Source: an uncultured delta proteobacterium | Lineage (GTDB): Bacteria > Desulfobacterota > Desulfobacteria > Desulfobacterales > QNYZ01 | Reading direction: 5' to 3' | Assembly (NCBI GenBank): GCA_963845145.1 | Contig: CAWJQU010000005.1 | Coordinates: 608,001-672,000, forward strand | DNA length: 64,000 nt | Shown here: one piece after another, positions 41,794 to 52,340 of the stretch | Numbering within the stretch: the first letter of the stretch is position 1 | Layout: every line of letters begins with the position of its first letter | Position numbers and translations under genes: made by a program | Notes under the pieces: model-generated | The model's database searches: none | The model's input: the letters and a program-made list of their open reading frames with translations, nothing else | Told to the model about the DNA's origin: nothing

Positions 41794-43004
41794 CTATGCG
41801 TATTTTTGAACATACATGGACGGGATCACCGCATACATGGCCGCTGCTTTGACCAGCTCGTCTTTCCAGGTCACTTCGTTGGGTGCATGGGCCTGGTCTT
41901 CGTGCCCGGGGCCAAAGCCGATGCAGGGAATACCGTAGCGCCCCATGATGGAAACGCCGTTGGTGGAAAAGGTCCATTTATCCACTACCGGTTGCCGGTT
42001 AAACAGGCGAGGTAAAGGATTCCACCAGGGTCTTGCAGGCCTCATGATCCTCATCCAACACCCAGCTGGGAAAATAGCATTCCGTGGGATAAACCAACCC
42101 CGTGTAAGCAGGCCGATTGTAGTTGTACATGCTGACGTTGCCCCTGGCTTTTTTCACCGCCGGCAGCGCCCGGATCTCTTCCAGGGCGCTTTCCCACGTC
42201 TCCCCGCGGGTCAGACGCCGATCCACAGAGATGGTGCAGCCATCAGCTACCGCGCACCGGGAGGGTGACGTATAAAAAATCTCGGATACGGTTAATGAGC
42301 CTTTGCCCAGAAAAGGGTCGTCTTTCAGGCGCAAGGTGCAGGTCTTGCAGTTCCATGAGGATAGGCGCCATTTTAAAGATGGCGTTGTCCCCGCGTTCGG
42401 GGGCCGACCCGTGGGCGCTGACGCCGCCCACGGAGACCCGGATCTCCATGCGTCCCCGCTGCCCACGATAGATGCCCAATGATGTGGGTTCGGTCGAAAC
42501 AACGAATTCGGGGCGGATCTTGCTCTCCTCGATAATGTACTGCCAGCAAAGCCCGTCACAATCTTCTTCTTGAACGGTGCCGGTGACCAGTAGGGTGTAG
42601 TCATCCTCAAGCTTTAGATCTTTGATAATTTTACCGGCATAAACCATGGCAGCCATGCCGCCTTCCTGATCGCTGGTTCCCCGGCCGAAAATAATCTCGC
42701 TATCTTCATACCCAGTGTAGGGGTCATGCTTCCAATTGTCCAAATTACCGACCCCCACGGTGTCGATATGGGCATCCATGGCGATCAGATGTTTCCCGGT
42801 ACCGATATAGCCCAGGACATTGCCCATGGGATCGATATCGACCCGGTCGAACCCTACGGTGTGCATCTCCTGTTGAATGCGTTGGACGACTTTTTCCTCC
42901 TGGCAGCTTTCACTGGGGATGGCGACCATCTCCCTTAAAAACGCTGATATCCGTGGCCGATATTCTTCGGCTTTCTCATTTACGCGTGTAAAATCAATGC
43001 TCAT
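41794..43004 (-). CDS. ygeY: YgeY-family M20 metallohydrolase (frameshifts near 42330 and 42010)
   Basis: [66 protein letters not shown]. Confidence 0.9.
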
Positions 43005-43711
43005 TGGGTTTTCTCCGCAGATTGATCGGTCTCATAAATGCCGGCCCGGCACCCGACATCTTTAAGCCGGCTGAGGCTGTTCTGCCAGTTGGCCTGAATC
43101 GTGGCTTGGGCCCGTGCCGTATCACCCGATTCTAATTCGGCTAAAATGCGCTCGTGTTCATCCAGGGAATATTTTGAACAGGCCGACCCCTCAAAATAGG
43201 TTACCTCCACCCGCCGGCACTTAATTTTCAGATCCCGAAGAATGTCGATGATGTGGGGGTTACAAGCCCGCTCAATGAATACGTCATGAAACTGGATATC
43301 AGCCCTGGCCGCTTTCACCGGATCGCCTTCGCCGAGCGCCTTTTCCAAGGCCAGGTTGGCCTGCTTCATTGCCGTAAAATCGCTTTGGGCCATATGGGCA
43401 ATCGCTTCTGAAACAGCCAGTTGTTCCAGGTTCCAGATGATGGGATAGATCATTTCCGGCTCTTTTACCGAAATTTCCGAAACCCGAGTCCACCGATTGG
43501 CCGACGATACCACCAGCCCCTTGTCTTCCAGGCGACGTAGCGCTTCCCGCACCGGCGTACGGCTCACGCCCATATTATCCGCCAGCTCCTTATCTAATAG
43601 TTTTTCGCCCGGACGCAGCTTACCCTTCATGATCCAGGAAAGAAGGGTATTGTACACCTCTTCCCGCATGAAGGACCGGTTAAACGGTTTGGTATTGGCA
43701 GGGATAGGCAT
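43001..43711 (-). CDS. GntR (FadR/FCD) transcriptional regulator
   Basis: [31 protein letters not shown] motifs. Stop overlaps the ygeY start. Confidence 0.92.
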   Translation of the reverse strand: MPIPANTKPFNRSFMREEVYNTLLSWIMKGKLRPGEKLLDKELADNMGVSRTPVREALRRLEDKGLVVSSANRWTRVSEISVKEPEMIYPIIWNLEQLAVSEAIAHMAQSDFTAMKQANLALEKALGEGDPVKAARADIQFHDVFIERACNPHIIDILRDLKIKCRRVEVTYFEGSACSKYSLDEHERILAELESGDTARAQATIQANWQNSLSRLKDVGCRAGIYETDQSAEKTQ

Positions 43712-43788
43712 GTTGGGGTTTCACACCTCTTATTATACGTTACAGACCTGTTGCCGGCGCCAAACGCCCGACACCCAGGTCCCCTCAA

Positions 43789-43845
43789 AACTCAACGAAC
43801 TCAATGAACTCAATGAACTCAATGAACTCAATGAACTCAATGAAC
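43789..43845. repeat. 9-bp tandem repeat (AACTCAATG), about 6.3 copies
   Basis: aactcaacg, then five exact aactcaatg, then aac. Confidence 0.95.
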
Positions 43846-43898
43846 CCTTAATATATTGGATGTGATATATTACCTAAGGGTGTATGTCAATCTAAAGA

Positions 43899-44132
43899 TC
43901 AGCCGCCCTCTAATGGAGGGAACACTGTCAGTTGGTCGCCATTTTTTAGTTCTTGATCGTTCGTGGCGGCCCGGCCATTAACCAGGATGACCTTGGCTGT
44001 AGATGTTGAAATGGAAAGACGCTCAAGGGCTTGGGCCACTGTCGTACCCGGAGAAAGCGCCAACCCGAAAGGCTTTTCGCCGTCGGGAGCCTTCTCCTTG
44101 AAGGTCAACAATAGCCTTATTTCAACTCGCAT
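43899..44132 (-). CDS. MoaD/ThiS-family sulfur carrier
   Basis: ILVNG; C-terminal FPPLEGG. Confidence 0.9.
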   Translation of the reverse strand: MRVEIRLLLTFKEKAPDGEKPFGLALSPGTTVAQALERLSISTSTAKVILVNGRAATNDQELKNGDQLTVFPPLEGG

Positions 44133-44148
44133 ATTGGATTTCTATAAT

Positions 44149-45984
44149 TTAGTCCAAGCCCAGTTCTTTAAGTTTTTCCAACGTTGGTATTCCGTTTTCA
44201 TCCCAACCCCGGAGAAGATAATATTCGGTAAGCATTTCCTCCAGATGGCAAACCATACCCTTGGCGGGCCCTTCCGGTGCAGCTTCGGAAACGATACGCG
44301 GCGGTAGGGAATCTTGATCCCGGCTGAAGCCTGCCCTGTTCAAGAATATCCGTTCCGCATTGGCAATACGCTCTCCAGCCAAGCACAGCTCGTCGAGGGA
44401 ATAGTCAAGCCCCGTGGCCGCGTTTAATAAGTCTTTTATGCCTTCCGGTTTGATACTTTCATCCGGTTGTACGTAATTACGCACGGAGAAAAACACGCAA
44501 ACCCCGGCTGAATCGATGACACAGAAACAATCTTGCCAGTCTTTGATGATCGCCGGCTTGTCGTGGTAGGTCAAGGGGTCAATCGATTTGGGAACCCCCA
44601 ATAGTTCAATATAAGCAGGATCGCCCCGCATGTGAGAAGCCCCTATGGGACTGGTGGCATAGGCCAGCCCCATGCCCTGTTCGCCACGAGGGTCGTATCC
44701 GGCGAATTCCTGCCCCTTGGACACCATGGCCAGTTCCGGATGCCCGTAGTGCGTTGCTAGTCGCAGGGAGCCCTGAGAAAGAAGCTGTCCGAAGCCCTCT
44801 TTTCTTCCCGTCCGCCAGGTCAATTCCACCAGAGCCTCAGCATCGCCAAATGCCAAATCCCTTCCCAATCCGACGTCCATAGTGGGGATAATCCCCTTCT
44901 CGCACATCTCCATGGCGCAGGCAATCGTGGCGCCCATCGTGATGGTATCCAACCCGAGCTCGTTACACAGATAATTGGCTTTAGTGATTGCGGCCAGATT
45001 GTCGACGCCACAATTACTACCAAAGGCATAGATGGTTTCATACTCAGGCCCTTCACCTTCCCCGGCAAAAGGGCCGTCTGGCACTTTGGTTCCACGCCCA
45101 CAGGCAATCGGGCAGGCATGACAGGCTTTGGCCTTTGTGAGGAATTTTTCTGTCAATGCCCGACCGTCAATCTTCTCCCAGCCCTCGAACTGGCCGGTTT
45201 GAAAGTTGCGCGTGGGAAACACCCCGAAGTTCTGGGTCCCCACTGCGGTAATGGCGGTGCCCCACTCCCGCAGTGGCACCGGACCGCCTTCAAAGGATTT
45301 TTTAAAGCCGTTGATGAAACCGGTCACAAGGGTTTTGAAACATTCCGGGTCAGCCAACGCCACCTCGCCCGTTCCCCTTACAGCTACTGCTTTCAGATTT
45401 TTTGCGCCCATCACCGCGCCCACGCCTGATCGCCCCGCCGCCCGATGCCTGTCGTTCATTATCGAGGCGAAAAGCACTCCGGCTTCTCCTGCCGGGCCGA
45501 TCACCGCTGTTCTGGCCGCCGGGTCCGTTTCTGCTCGAATGGCTTCGTCCGTCTCCTGTACTTTTTTGCCCCATAAGTGCTCGGCGCTTCTCAGCTCGGC
45601 CATGCCGTTTTCCGCCCACAGGTAAACCGGCCGGACCGCTTTGCCCTTGAAAACAATGGCATCCCAACCGGCCTTTTTGAGCGCCGCCGGGAAATGCCCC
45701 CCGGAGTTTGAACAGGTAACAGCACCGGTTAGCGGTGACTTGGTCATCACCATGTAGCGGGCGCCAGTCGGGGCAGCTGTACCGGTCAGAGGGCCAGTGG
45801 CCATAATCATGTGGTTATCCGGACTCAAGGGATCTACGTTGGGGTCCACATTGTCAAGCAAAAGACGGATGCCCAGGCCCCGACCACCGATGTAGTTGCG
45901 GGCCACATGGGGATCTAAGGGGCGTTCTTCAATTTTTTCAGTGGTCAGATCCACCCACAAAATCTTGCCACACCATCCAAACAT
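44149..45984 (-). CDS. aor: Aldehyde:ferredoxin oxidoreductase (tungstopterin AOR family)
   Basis: GKILWVDLT; KSPLTG; AAGRSGVGAVMG.KNLKA; CHACPIAC; EGPEYET; NELGLD; DSAGVC. Confidence 0.93.
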   Translation of the reverse strand: MFGWCGKILWVDLTTEKIEERPLDPHVARNYIGGRGLGIRLLLDNVDPNVDPLSPDNHMIMATGPLTGTAAPTGARYMVMTKSPLTGAVTCSNSGGHFPAALKKAGWDAIVFKGKAVRPVYLWAENGMAELRSAEHLWGKKVQETDEAIRAETDPAARTAVIGPAGEAGVLFASIMNDRHRAAGRSGVGAVMGAKNLKAVAVRGTGEVALADPECFKTLVTGFINGFKKSFEGGPVPLREWGTAITAVGTQNFGVFPTRNFQTGQFEGWEKIDGRALTEKFLTKAKACHACPIACGRGTKVPDGPFAGEGEGPEYETIYAFGSNCGVDNLAAITKANYLCNELGLDTITMGATIACAMEMCEKGIIPTMDVGLGRDLAFGDAEALVELTWRTGRKEGFGQLLSQGSLRLATHYGHPELAMVSKGQEFAGYDPRGEQGMGLAYATSPIGASHMRGDPAYIELLGVPKSIDPLTYHDKPAIIKDWQDCFCVIDSAGVCVFFSVRNYVQPDESIKPEGIKDLLNAATGLDYSLDELCLAGERIANAERIFLNRAGFSRDQDSLPPRIVSEAAPEGPAKGMVCHLEEMLTEYYLLRGWDENGIPTLEKLKELGLD

Positions 45985-46147
45985 TTGCTGACAACTCCTT
46001 TCTTTTTACGAGCCCATTGCTGTCGATTATGGAATAATCATTGACAACATAGGTTTTATAGGCAAGTATTAAACGCTTACGGTGCCTGCACTAAGGATGC
46101 CGCAAGATCCTTATAGAACACTGGTTGTTCCTATCCATGGAGGGGAT

Positions 46148-46903
46148 ATGGGCTCAGGTTACATACTGGAAACGCAAAACCTGACCAAAGACTTCAAGGG
46201 CTTTGTTGCGGTCGACGGTGTGGACCTTAAGGTGCGAGAGGGAACCATCCACGCCCTTATCGGCCCCAACGGAGCCGGCAAAACCACGGTTTTCAATCTT
46301 CTCACCAAGTTTCTCCAACCATCAAACGGCAAAATCTATTTTAAGGGCGAGGATATAACGGCTGCCAAGCCTGCCGCATTGGCAGTACGTGGACTCGTCC
46401 GTTCGTTTCAGATCTCAGCTGTTTTCCCTCATCTGACCGTGCTCGAAAACGTTCGCGTCGCCCTCCAGCGAAAAGTCGGGACCTCATTCCATTTCTGGAA
46501 ATCAGATTCTACCCTCGACTGCTTAAATGGCAGGGTCATTGAGATACTTGATGATGTGGACCTTGTCGATTTCGCGGACCATATCGCTGTGGAGCTTCCA
46601 TACGGGAGAAAGCGGGCACTTGAACTGGCTACTACCTTTGCCCTTGAGCCTGAGGTCATGCTGCTTGATGAACCTACCTCCGGCATGGGCCACGAGGACG
46701 TCGGGATGGTCGTATCCCTCATACGCAGGCTCGCTGCAGAGCGCACGGTGCTGATGGTGGAACATAATCTCAAGGTTGTCGAAGACCTCTCGGACACGAT
46801 CACAGTGCTCCAACGAGGGCAGATTCTTGCGGAAGGTTCCTACGATGAGGTTTCAAACAACCCCCATGTTCTTGAAGCTTACGTGGGGGGGACCCATGTC
46901 TAG
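46148..46903 (+). CDS. Branched-chain-amino-acid-type ABC ATPase (LivG-like)
   Basis: GPNGAGKTT; LPYG; LLDEP; VEH. Confidence 0.9.
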   Translation: MGSGYILETQNLTKDFKGFVAVDGVDLKVREGTIHALIGPNGAGKTTVFNLLTKFLQPSNGKIYFKGEDITAAKPAALAVRGLVRSFQISAVFPHLTVLENVRVALQRKVGTSFHFWKSDSTLDCLNGRVIEILDDVDLVDFADHIAVELPYGRKRALELATTFALEPEVMLLDEPTSGMGHEDVGMVVSLIRRLAAERTVLMVEHNLKVVEDLSDTITVLQRGQILAEGSYDEVSNNPHVLEAYVGGTHV

Positions 46904-47610
46904 CAACCGCCCAGAGTTCCTTAGGGTTACTGATTTACATGCCTTTTATGGAGAGTCTCATATTCTCCACGGTGTTGATTTCGATGTAGAACAGGGTGAG
47001 CTAGTTACCCTGCTGGGTCGCAACGGCTCGGGCCGTACCACAACACTAAAGGCCATCCTCGGCCTTGTGGGTAAGCGCTCGGGTTCCATTATGGTGAACG
47101 GCCATGAGGCGATCAACCTTGCGCCGCACAAGATCGCACGGCTGGGGATCGGTTTTTGCCCGGAAGATCGGGGTATTTTTTCAAGCCTCTCCGCTGAAGA
47201 AAACCTGATGCTTCCGCCTGTTTTTCATAGCGGCGGATTAAGTACTGAAGAGATTTACGAGATGTTTCCGAACCTATACGAGCGCCGCCGTACCCCAGGC
47301 GCGCGGCTTTCCGGAGGCGAGCAGCAAATGCTTGCCCTTTCGCGCATCCTTCGCACCGGAGCACGTCTGCTGCTGCTTGATGAAATAACCGAGGGGCTCG
47401 CCCCGGTTATCGTCAAGGCCATGGGAGAGGCACTCAGATCCCTGAAGGAAAGAGGCTTTACCATCATACTCGTTGAATTGAATCTTCCAATTCGCCGCGC
47501 ATTTGGCAAGTCGGCACTATGTGCTGGAGCACGGCCGGGTGGTTGAGATGATCCATGAAGAGGAGCTTGAAACAAAAATGGGTAAGCTCCGTGAACATTT
47601 AGGAGTCTAA
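46896..47610 (+). CDS. ABC ATPase (LivF-like); frameshift near 47480
   Basis: GRNGSGRTT; LSGGEQQML; LLDEITEGLAP. C-terminus ..EHLGV* is in another frame. Confidence 0.87.
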
Positions 47611-47642
47611 CCTGCAACCGCTAAGGAAAAAGGAGGTTTGGT

Positions 47643-48863
47643 ATGGCAAAGCAACGATTATTGACTGTGGCATGTGGTATTCTCATCTCAGTTATGCTTG
47701 GCGCGTCCGCCGTCTCAGCACAGATTTCGGATGGGATCGTGAAGATTGGGGTTTTGAACGACATGTCCGGTACTTACTCCGATCTCGCGGGGCCGGGATC
47801 AGTGATTGCCGCCAAGATGGCGGCTGAGGATTTTGGCGGCAAGGTGATGGGCATGCCGATAGAAGTCATCTCGGCCGACCATCAGAACAAAGCTGACATA
47901 GCCGCCAACAAAGCACGCGAGTGGTTCGACACTCAAAAGGTGGATGTAATCGTCGATCTGCCGACGTCTTCGTGCGCTCTGGCCGTCATGGAGGTTGCCA
48001 ACCAGAAAAACAAGGTGACTCTGGTTTCCACCGGCGCCTCCACCAGAATGACAAACAAAAACTGCAATGCGACGAACGTGCATTGGACCTATGACACCTA
48101 CGCTCTTGCGGTCGGCACCGGCAGGGCGGTCGTCGCCAACGGAGGTGATAGCTGGTTTTTTCTAACCGCCGACTATGCCTTTGGCCACTCCCTTGAAGAG
48201 GATACGGCCGATGTAATAACCGCGAGCGGCGGAAAGGTGCTCGGCAAGGTTCGCCACCCCTTCCCCAACGCCGATTTCTCATCGTTCCTGTTGCAAGCCC
48301 AAAGCTCAGGGGCCAAAATTATTGGCCTGGCCAACGCGGGTGCAGACACTACCAACGCCATCAAACAGGCCAAAGAGTTCGGAATCACTCCGAACCAAAC
48401 CTTGGCCGGCTTGCTGGTTTTCGTGACCGACATCCGCAGCCTCGGTCTGGAAACCGCAGGGGGCATGATGCTCACGACAGGCTTTTACTGGGATCGTAAC
48501 GACGACACCCGTGCCTGGTCTGAGCGTTTCAAAAAACGCCATGGCAACTTCCCCACCATGGGTCAGGCCGGGGTTTACGCCTCTTTGATGCACTACTTCA
48601 AGGCGATCGAGAAGGCTAAAACCGATGAGGCATTGGCCACTGTAAACATGATGAAAGAGCTGCCGGTAAATGTTCCGATGTTTGCCACCAACGGCAAAGT
48701 CCGCGCCGATGGCCGCATGGTTCACGACATGTACCTGGCGCAGGTGAAAACTCCGGATGAGTCCAAGGGCGAGTGGGATTACTACAAGATCATCCGCACT
48801 ATCCCGGGCGACGAGGCTTACATCCCCCTTGAAAAGAGCACCTGCTCGTTGGTTAAGAAATAG
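47643..48863 (+). CDS. Liv-type ABC substrate-binding protein
   Basis: Signal peptide; KIGVLNDMSG; ADHQNKAD; ADYAFG; RADGR. Confidence 0.9.
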   Translation: MAKQRLLTVACGILISVMLGASAVSAQISDGIVKIGVLNDMSGTYSDLAGPGSVIAAKMAAEDFGGKVMGMPIEVISADHQNKADIAANKAREWFDTQKVDVIVDLPTSSCALAVMEVANQKNKVTLVSTGASTRMTNKNCNATNVHWTYDTYALAVGTGRAVVANGGDSWFFLTADYAFGHSLEEDTADVITASGGKVLGKVRHPFPNADFSSFLLQAQSSGAKIIGLANAGADTTNAIKQAKEFGITPNQTLAGLLVFVTDIRSLGLETAGGMMLTTGFYWDRNDDTRAWSERFKKRHGNFPTMGQAGVYASLMHYFKAIEKAKTDEALATVNMMKELPVNVPMFATNGKVRADGRMVHDMYLAQVKTPDESKGEWDYYKIIRTIPGDEAYIPLEKSTCSLVKK

Positions 48864-48896
48864 AATGATTCAAACGACGACGAGGGGAAATAAGCC

Positions 48897-49785
48897 ATGA
48901 CGATGGTTTTCGGAATCCCGATCCAGGCGTTTTTGGGCCAGCTGTTATTAGGGCTCATAAACGGCGCGTTTTACGCCATACTGAGTTTAGGGTTGGCTAT
49001 AATTTTCGGCCTTTTGAATATCATCAATTTCACACACGGCGCTCAGTACATGCTGGGGGCGTTCGCGGCCTGGATGGGCCTGAACTACCTCGGCGTAAAC
49101 TATTGGGTCGCGCTCTTTTTGGCCCCCCTTGTCGTCGGCGCTTTTGGAATATTGCTCGAAAGAGCCTTCATCAGGCGTCTCTATGGCCTTGACCATCTAT
49201 ACGGGTTGTTGCTGACTTTCGGCCTGGCACTGATGCTCGAAGGTGCGTTCAGGCAGATGTATGGTATTTCGGGGCTTTCCTATCCCGTCCCCGAAAATAC
49301 TCCAAGGCGGAACCAACCTGGGCTTTATGTTCTTGCCCTATTACCGCGCCTGGGTTGTCGTGGCCTCGCTCACCGTCTGCTTCGCGACTTGGTACGTGAT
49401 AGAACGCACCAAGCTTGGAGCCTACCTGCGCGCGGCCACCGAGAAGCCCGAACTGCTTCAGGCCTTCGGCGTCAATGTTCCGCTCCTGATCACATTGACA
49501 TACGGCTATGGAGTTGCTCTGGCCGCATTCGCAGGGGTCCTTGCGGCACCAATCTACCAGGTGGCCCCTAACATAGGGGCCAACCTTATCATTGTCGTCT
49601 TCGCCGTGGTTGTCATCGGGGGGTTGGGATCGATTCTCGGATCGATTCTGACCGGCTTAGGCCTTGGGCTAGTCGAGGGGCTGACCAAGGTTTTCTATCC
49701 CGAGGCGTCGTCCATTGTGGTCTTTATCATAATGGCTATCGTGCTGCTTACTCGGCCCGCCGGGCTTTTCGGACGTGAACAATGA
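48897..49785 (+). CDS. ABC permease (LivH-like); frameshift near 49300
   Basis: GLAIIFG..IINFTHG; RTKLGAYLRAA; VVVIGGLGS. Confidence 0.87.
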
Positions 49786-50807
49786 GGGGCATTGAAACTG
49801 AGAAAAGCAAACTTTTGGGTGTGATCGCCTTTGTTGTGGTGACCCTGTTAGCCCCTTACGTCCTATACCCTGTATTCCTGATGAAAGTGATGTGCTTTGG
49901 GTTGTTCGCTTGCGCTTTCAATCTGCTGCTTGGCTACTTGGGCCTTCTTTCCTTTGGCCATGCCGCGTTTCTGGGCTCGGCGAGCTATATAACCGCCTAT
50001 TCAGTTCAAACACTGGGGCTTACACCGGGATTGGGGATTTTGGCCGGCACTGCCTCGGCTGCCTTTCTGGGACTGGTGATCGGCTGGCTTGCTATCAGGC
50101 GGTCGGGTATCTATTTCGCCATGATCACCCTAGGGCTCGCCCAGGTGGTCTACTTTTTAAGCCTCCAGCTCAATTTCACCGGAGGTGAGGATGGCATACA
50201 GGGCGTCCCTCGAGGGATGCTCTTTGGGGTCGTGGATCTGACCTCGACCATGAACATGTATTATTTCGTGCTGGCAATCTTCCTCTTCGGATTGTGGGTA
50301 CTCAATCGGGCTATAAATTCCCCATTCGGCCAGATACTCAAATCCATTCGAGAGAATGAACCCCGGGCAATCTCGTTGGGCTATAATGTCAACCGATACA
50401 AACTGTTGGCTTTCGTGATCTCGGCCGCCTTGAGTGGCTTGGCAGGATCGACCAAGTCCCTGGTCTTTCAACTTGCCTCGCTTACCGATGTCCACTGGCA
50501 TATGTCTGGTGAAGTGGTCCTGATGACACTGCTGGGGGGGATGGGAACGGTATTCGGGCCGGTGGTCGGTGCGCTGCTGGTGATTACCCTAAACAATTAT
50601 CTGGCAGGATTCGGTTCATGGGTGACCGTCATCACCGGCGGCATCTTTGTCGTCTGCGTTTTATCATTTCGCAGGGGGATCGTCGGGGAAATTCTTGCAC
50701 TCAAGCGATTTCCGAATCGACAACACAACGTAATAAGCTTCTCAGCATCGTCATTACCTGTATATTTCCTCACCGAATGGGCAAGACCCGTTCCAGTTCT
50801 CGACTAG
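49782..50807 (+). CDS. ABC permease (LivM-like)
   Basis: GLLSFGHAAF; YFAMITL; TGGEDG; SIRENE; LLGGMG. Confidence 0.9.
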   Translation: MRGIETEKSKLLGVIAFVVVTLLAPYVLYPVFLMKVMCFGLFACAFNLLLGYLGLLSFGHAAFLGSASYITAYSVQTLGLTPGLGILAGTASAAFLGLVIGWLAIRRSGIYFAMITLGLAQVVYFLSLQLNFTGGEDGIQGVPRGMLFGVVDLTSTMNMYYFVLAIFLFGLWVLNRAINSPFGQILKSIRENEPRAISLGYNVNRYKLLAFVISAALSGLAGSTKSLVFQLASLTDVHWHMSGEVVLMTLLGGMGTVFGPVVGALLVITLNNYLAGFGSWVTVITGGIFVVCVLSFRRGIVGEILALKRFPNRQHNVISFSASSLPVYFLTEWARPVPVLD

Positions 50808-50878
50808 AGCGTTAGGCCAATACTCTTCTCAAACCGCTCTATTCCCATACTCGGAAAATAAGATCGCGGGATATTCGG

Positions 50879-51022
50879 TACAAGGTATCTCAAAAAAAAT
50901 CTAAGCGCCCCTGGCGGCGTTGCAAAACGGCTCAAAATGCTCACATACTATGTGTATGCTCCGCTTTTTCACCGTTTCGCGCCTTGCCAAGAACACTAAC
51001 ATTTATTTTGAGATACCTTGTA
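50879..51022. mobile_element. MITE-like palindromic element, about 140 bp, bounded by TA
   Basis: Perfect 17-bp terminal inverted repeat tacaaggtatctcaaaa / ttttgagataccttgta; self-complementary interior; no coding capacity. Confidence 0.7.
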
Positions 51023-51132
51023 GATCCATCGCTTTATTTCTCCGCCCTGCGTGTAACCTTTCTCTGCTCGTATCTGTCTTAAGTGTGTAATTGACAAAAA
51101 AAAGACGGGAGCTGATAGGTTTTTTTACCAGA

Positions 51133-51912
51133 ATGGAAAACAAGATTGGAGCAAAGATCGTGAGTGAAAACAGAATCGAAAAATCTGAATTAAAGGCTAT
51201 TCTTGAGTGCCATCAGAAGTGGCTGGATACTGAGGGAAGACAGGGGGCAAGGGCCGATTTGAGCGGCCGCAATCTTTGCCAACACAATCTTCAACAGGCC
51301 AACCTCGAAAGAGCGAATCTCGAAGGAACAAATTTGAAAAAGACGAACCTTCGAACGGCGAATTTTAAAGAGGCGAACCTCCGGTCAGCAAAAATTGGGA
51401 ATTCGGACCTGCAATGGGCCATTTTTCGGGGTGCAGACCTTAGGGGTGCCTGCCTCGAAGGGTCCGGGCTGCAATATGCGGATTTTTCCAGATCAGACCT
51501 CAGCCACGCAAAGATGACCCATTCCTTTCTCCACAATGCGTATTTTTTTAAAACGCTGTTAAAGGCGGCCGATCTTCAAAGCGCCAGCTTTAGATTTACG
51601 GAGATGAATGATGCCGGGCTAAGTGGCGCGAATCTGTCCAAGGCGGTCATCGCTAAAACAGAGATGATTGGGGCTGATTTATCTGAAGCTGATCTTTCAA
51701 ATACCCAAATCACCATGTCGGATTTTGAGAGAGCGATATTACGCAACACCCGCTTCAATCACGCAACCTTACTGAACACCAGTTTTCATATGGCAGACCT
51801 AAGGGGATCGGACTTTAGCAACTCAAAAGCGGAATCGGTCGAATTTAATGGGGCAAAATTATCCAATGAGAATCGAAGCGCTGCAAGGAATGGAGGATGT
51901 TTAAATGGATAA
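51133..51912 (+). CDS. Pentapeptide repeat protein
   Basis: HQKWL..GARADLS N-cap, then tandem A(D/N)(L/F)xx repeats. Start could be GTG 51160. Confidence 0.9.
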   Translation: MENKIGAKIVSENRIEKSELKAILECHQKWLDTEGRQGARADLSGRNLCQHNLQQANLERANLEGTNLKKTNLRTANFKEANLRSAKIGNSDLQWAIFRGADLRGACLEGSGLQYADFSRSDLSHAKMTHSFLHNAYFFKTLLKAADLQSASFRFTEMNDAGLSGANLSKAVIAKTEMIGADLSEADLSNTQITMSDFERAILRNTRFNHATLLNTSFHMADLRGSDFSNSKAESVEFNGAKLSNENRSAARNGGCLNG

Positions 51913-52162
51913 ACATACAGAAATTTTTATTGCCCTTGGGGCTGCTGCAGCTGCGAACTGCGGCCCTTGTTTTGAACACTATTTCTCTAAAGCCGAAAAA
52001 TTAGGAATCGACAAAGAGGATGTCCGAAAAACGGTTAATATTGCCGTCAAGGTTCGCGGCGGCGCACATATGGTAATGAAAGACGCAATCCAGAAAATTT
52101 TAAAAAGTAACTCGCCACAGAATGAATCCTGTTGCAACGGTTCTTCGTCATGTTGTGACTAA
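51905..52162 (+). CDS. Carboxymuconolactone decarboxylase/AhpD-like protein with a Cys-rich tail
   Basis: IALGAAAAANCGPCFEHY; C-terminal SCCNGSSSCCD. Confidence 0.8.
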   Translation: MDKHTEIFIALGAAAAANCGPCFEHYFSKAEKLGIDKEDVRKTVNIAVKVRGGAHMVMKDAIQKILKSNSPQNESCCNGSSSCCD

Positions 52163-52340
52163 CCATCGTATGTTGCGCACAATATTGCGATGGCACAATA
52201 TTGCAATGGTTCGATGGGTTCATTCGATTTGATATTGTCCCGTTTGATATCGTACTGTGGATAGGTTAGAGAGTGATTAGCCTATGGATCATCGGACGCG
52301 TCGCACCTTATCCTCAAGGCAAGGAGACAAAAAAGCAGAA

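Noticed and set aside
41794..43004. Selenocysteine recoding or programmed frameshifting in the 'selenium-linked' ygeY
   Set aside because: The breaks are frame changes, not in-frame TGA at Cys positions, and similar indels affect many unrelated neighbouring genes.
43789..43845. Possible CRISPR array or ELN-repeat protein (ORF 43497-43865)
   Set aside because: Units are contiguous 9-mers with no spacers or cas genes; the ORF is antisense to gntR.
50700..50878. Minus-strand fragment IERFEKSIGLTL*SRTGTG resembling a LysR/ModE HTH remnant
   Set aside because: Too short and degenerate to support without a search.
52190..52205. Sigma-54 promoter TGGCACAATATTGCA
   Set aside because: GG to GC spacing is one base short of the strict -24/-12 requirement.
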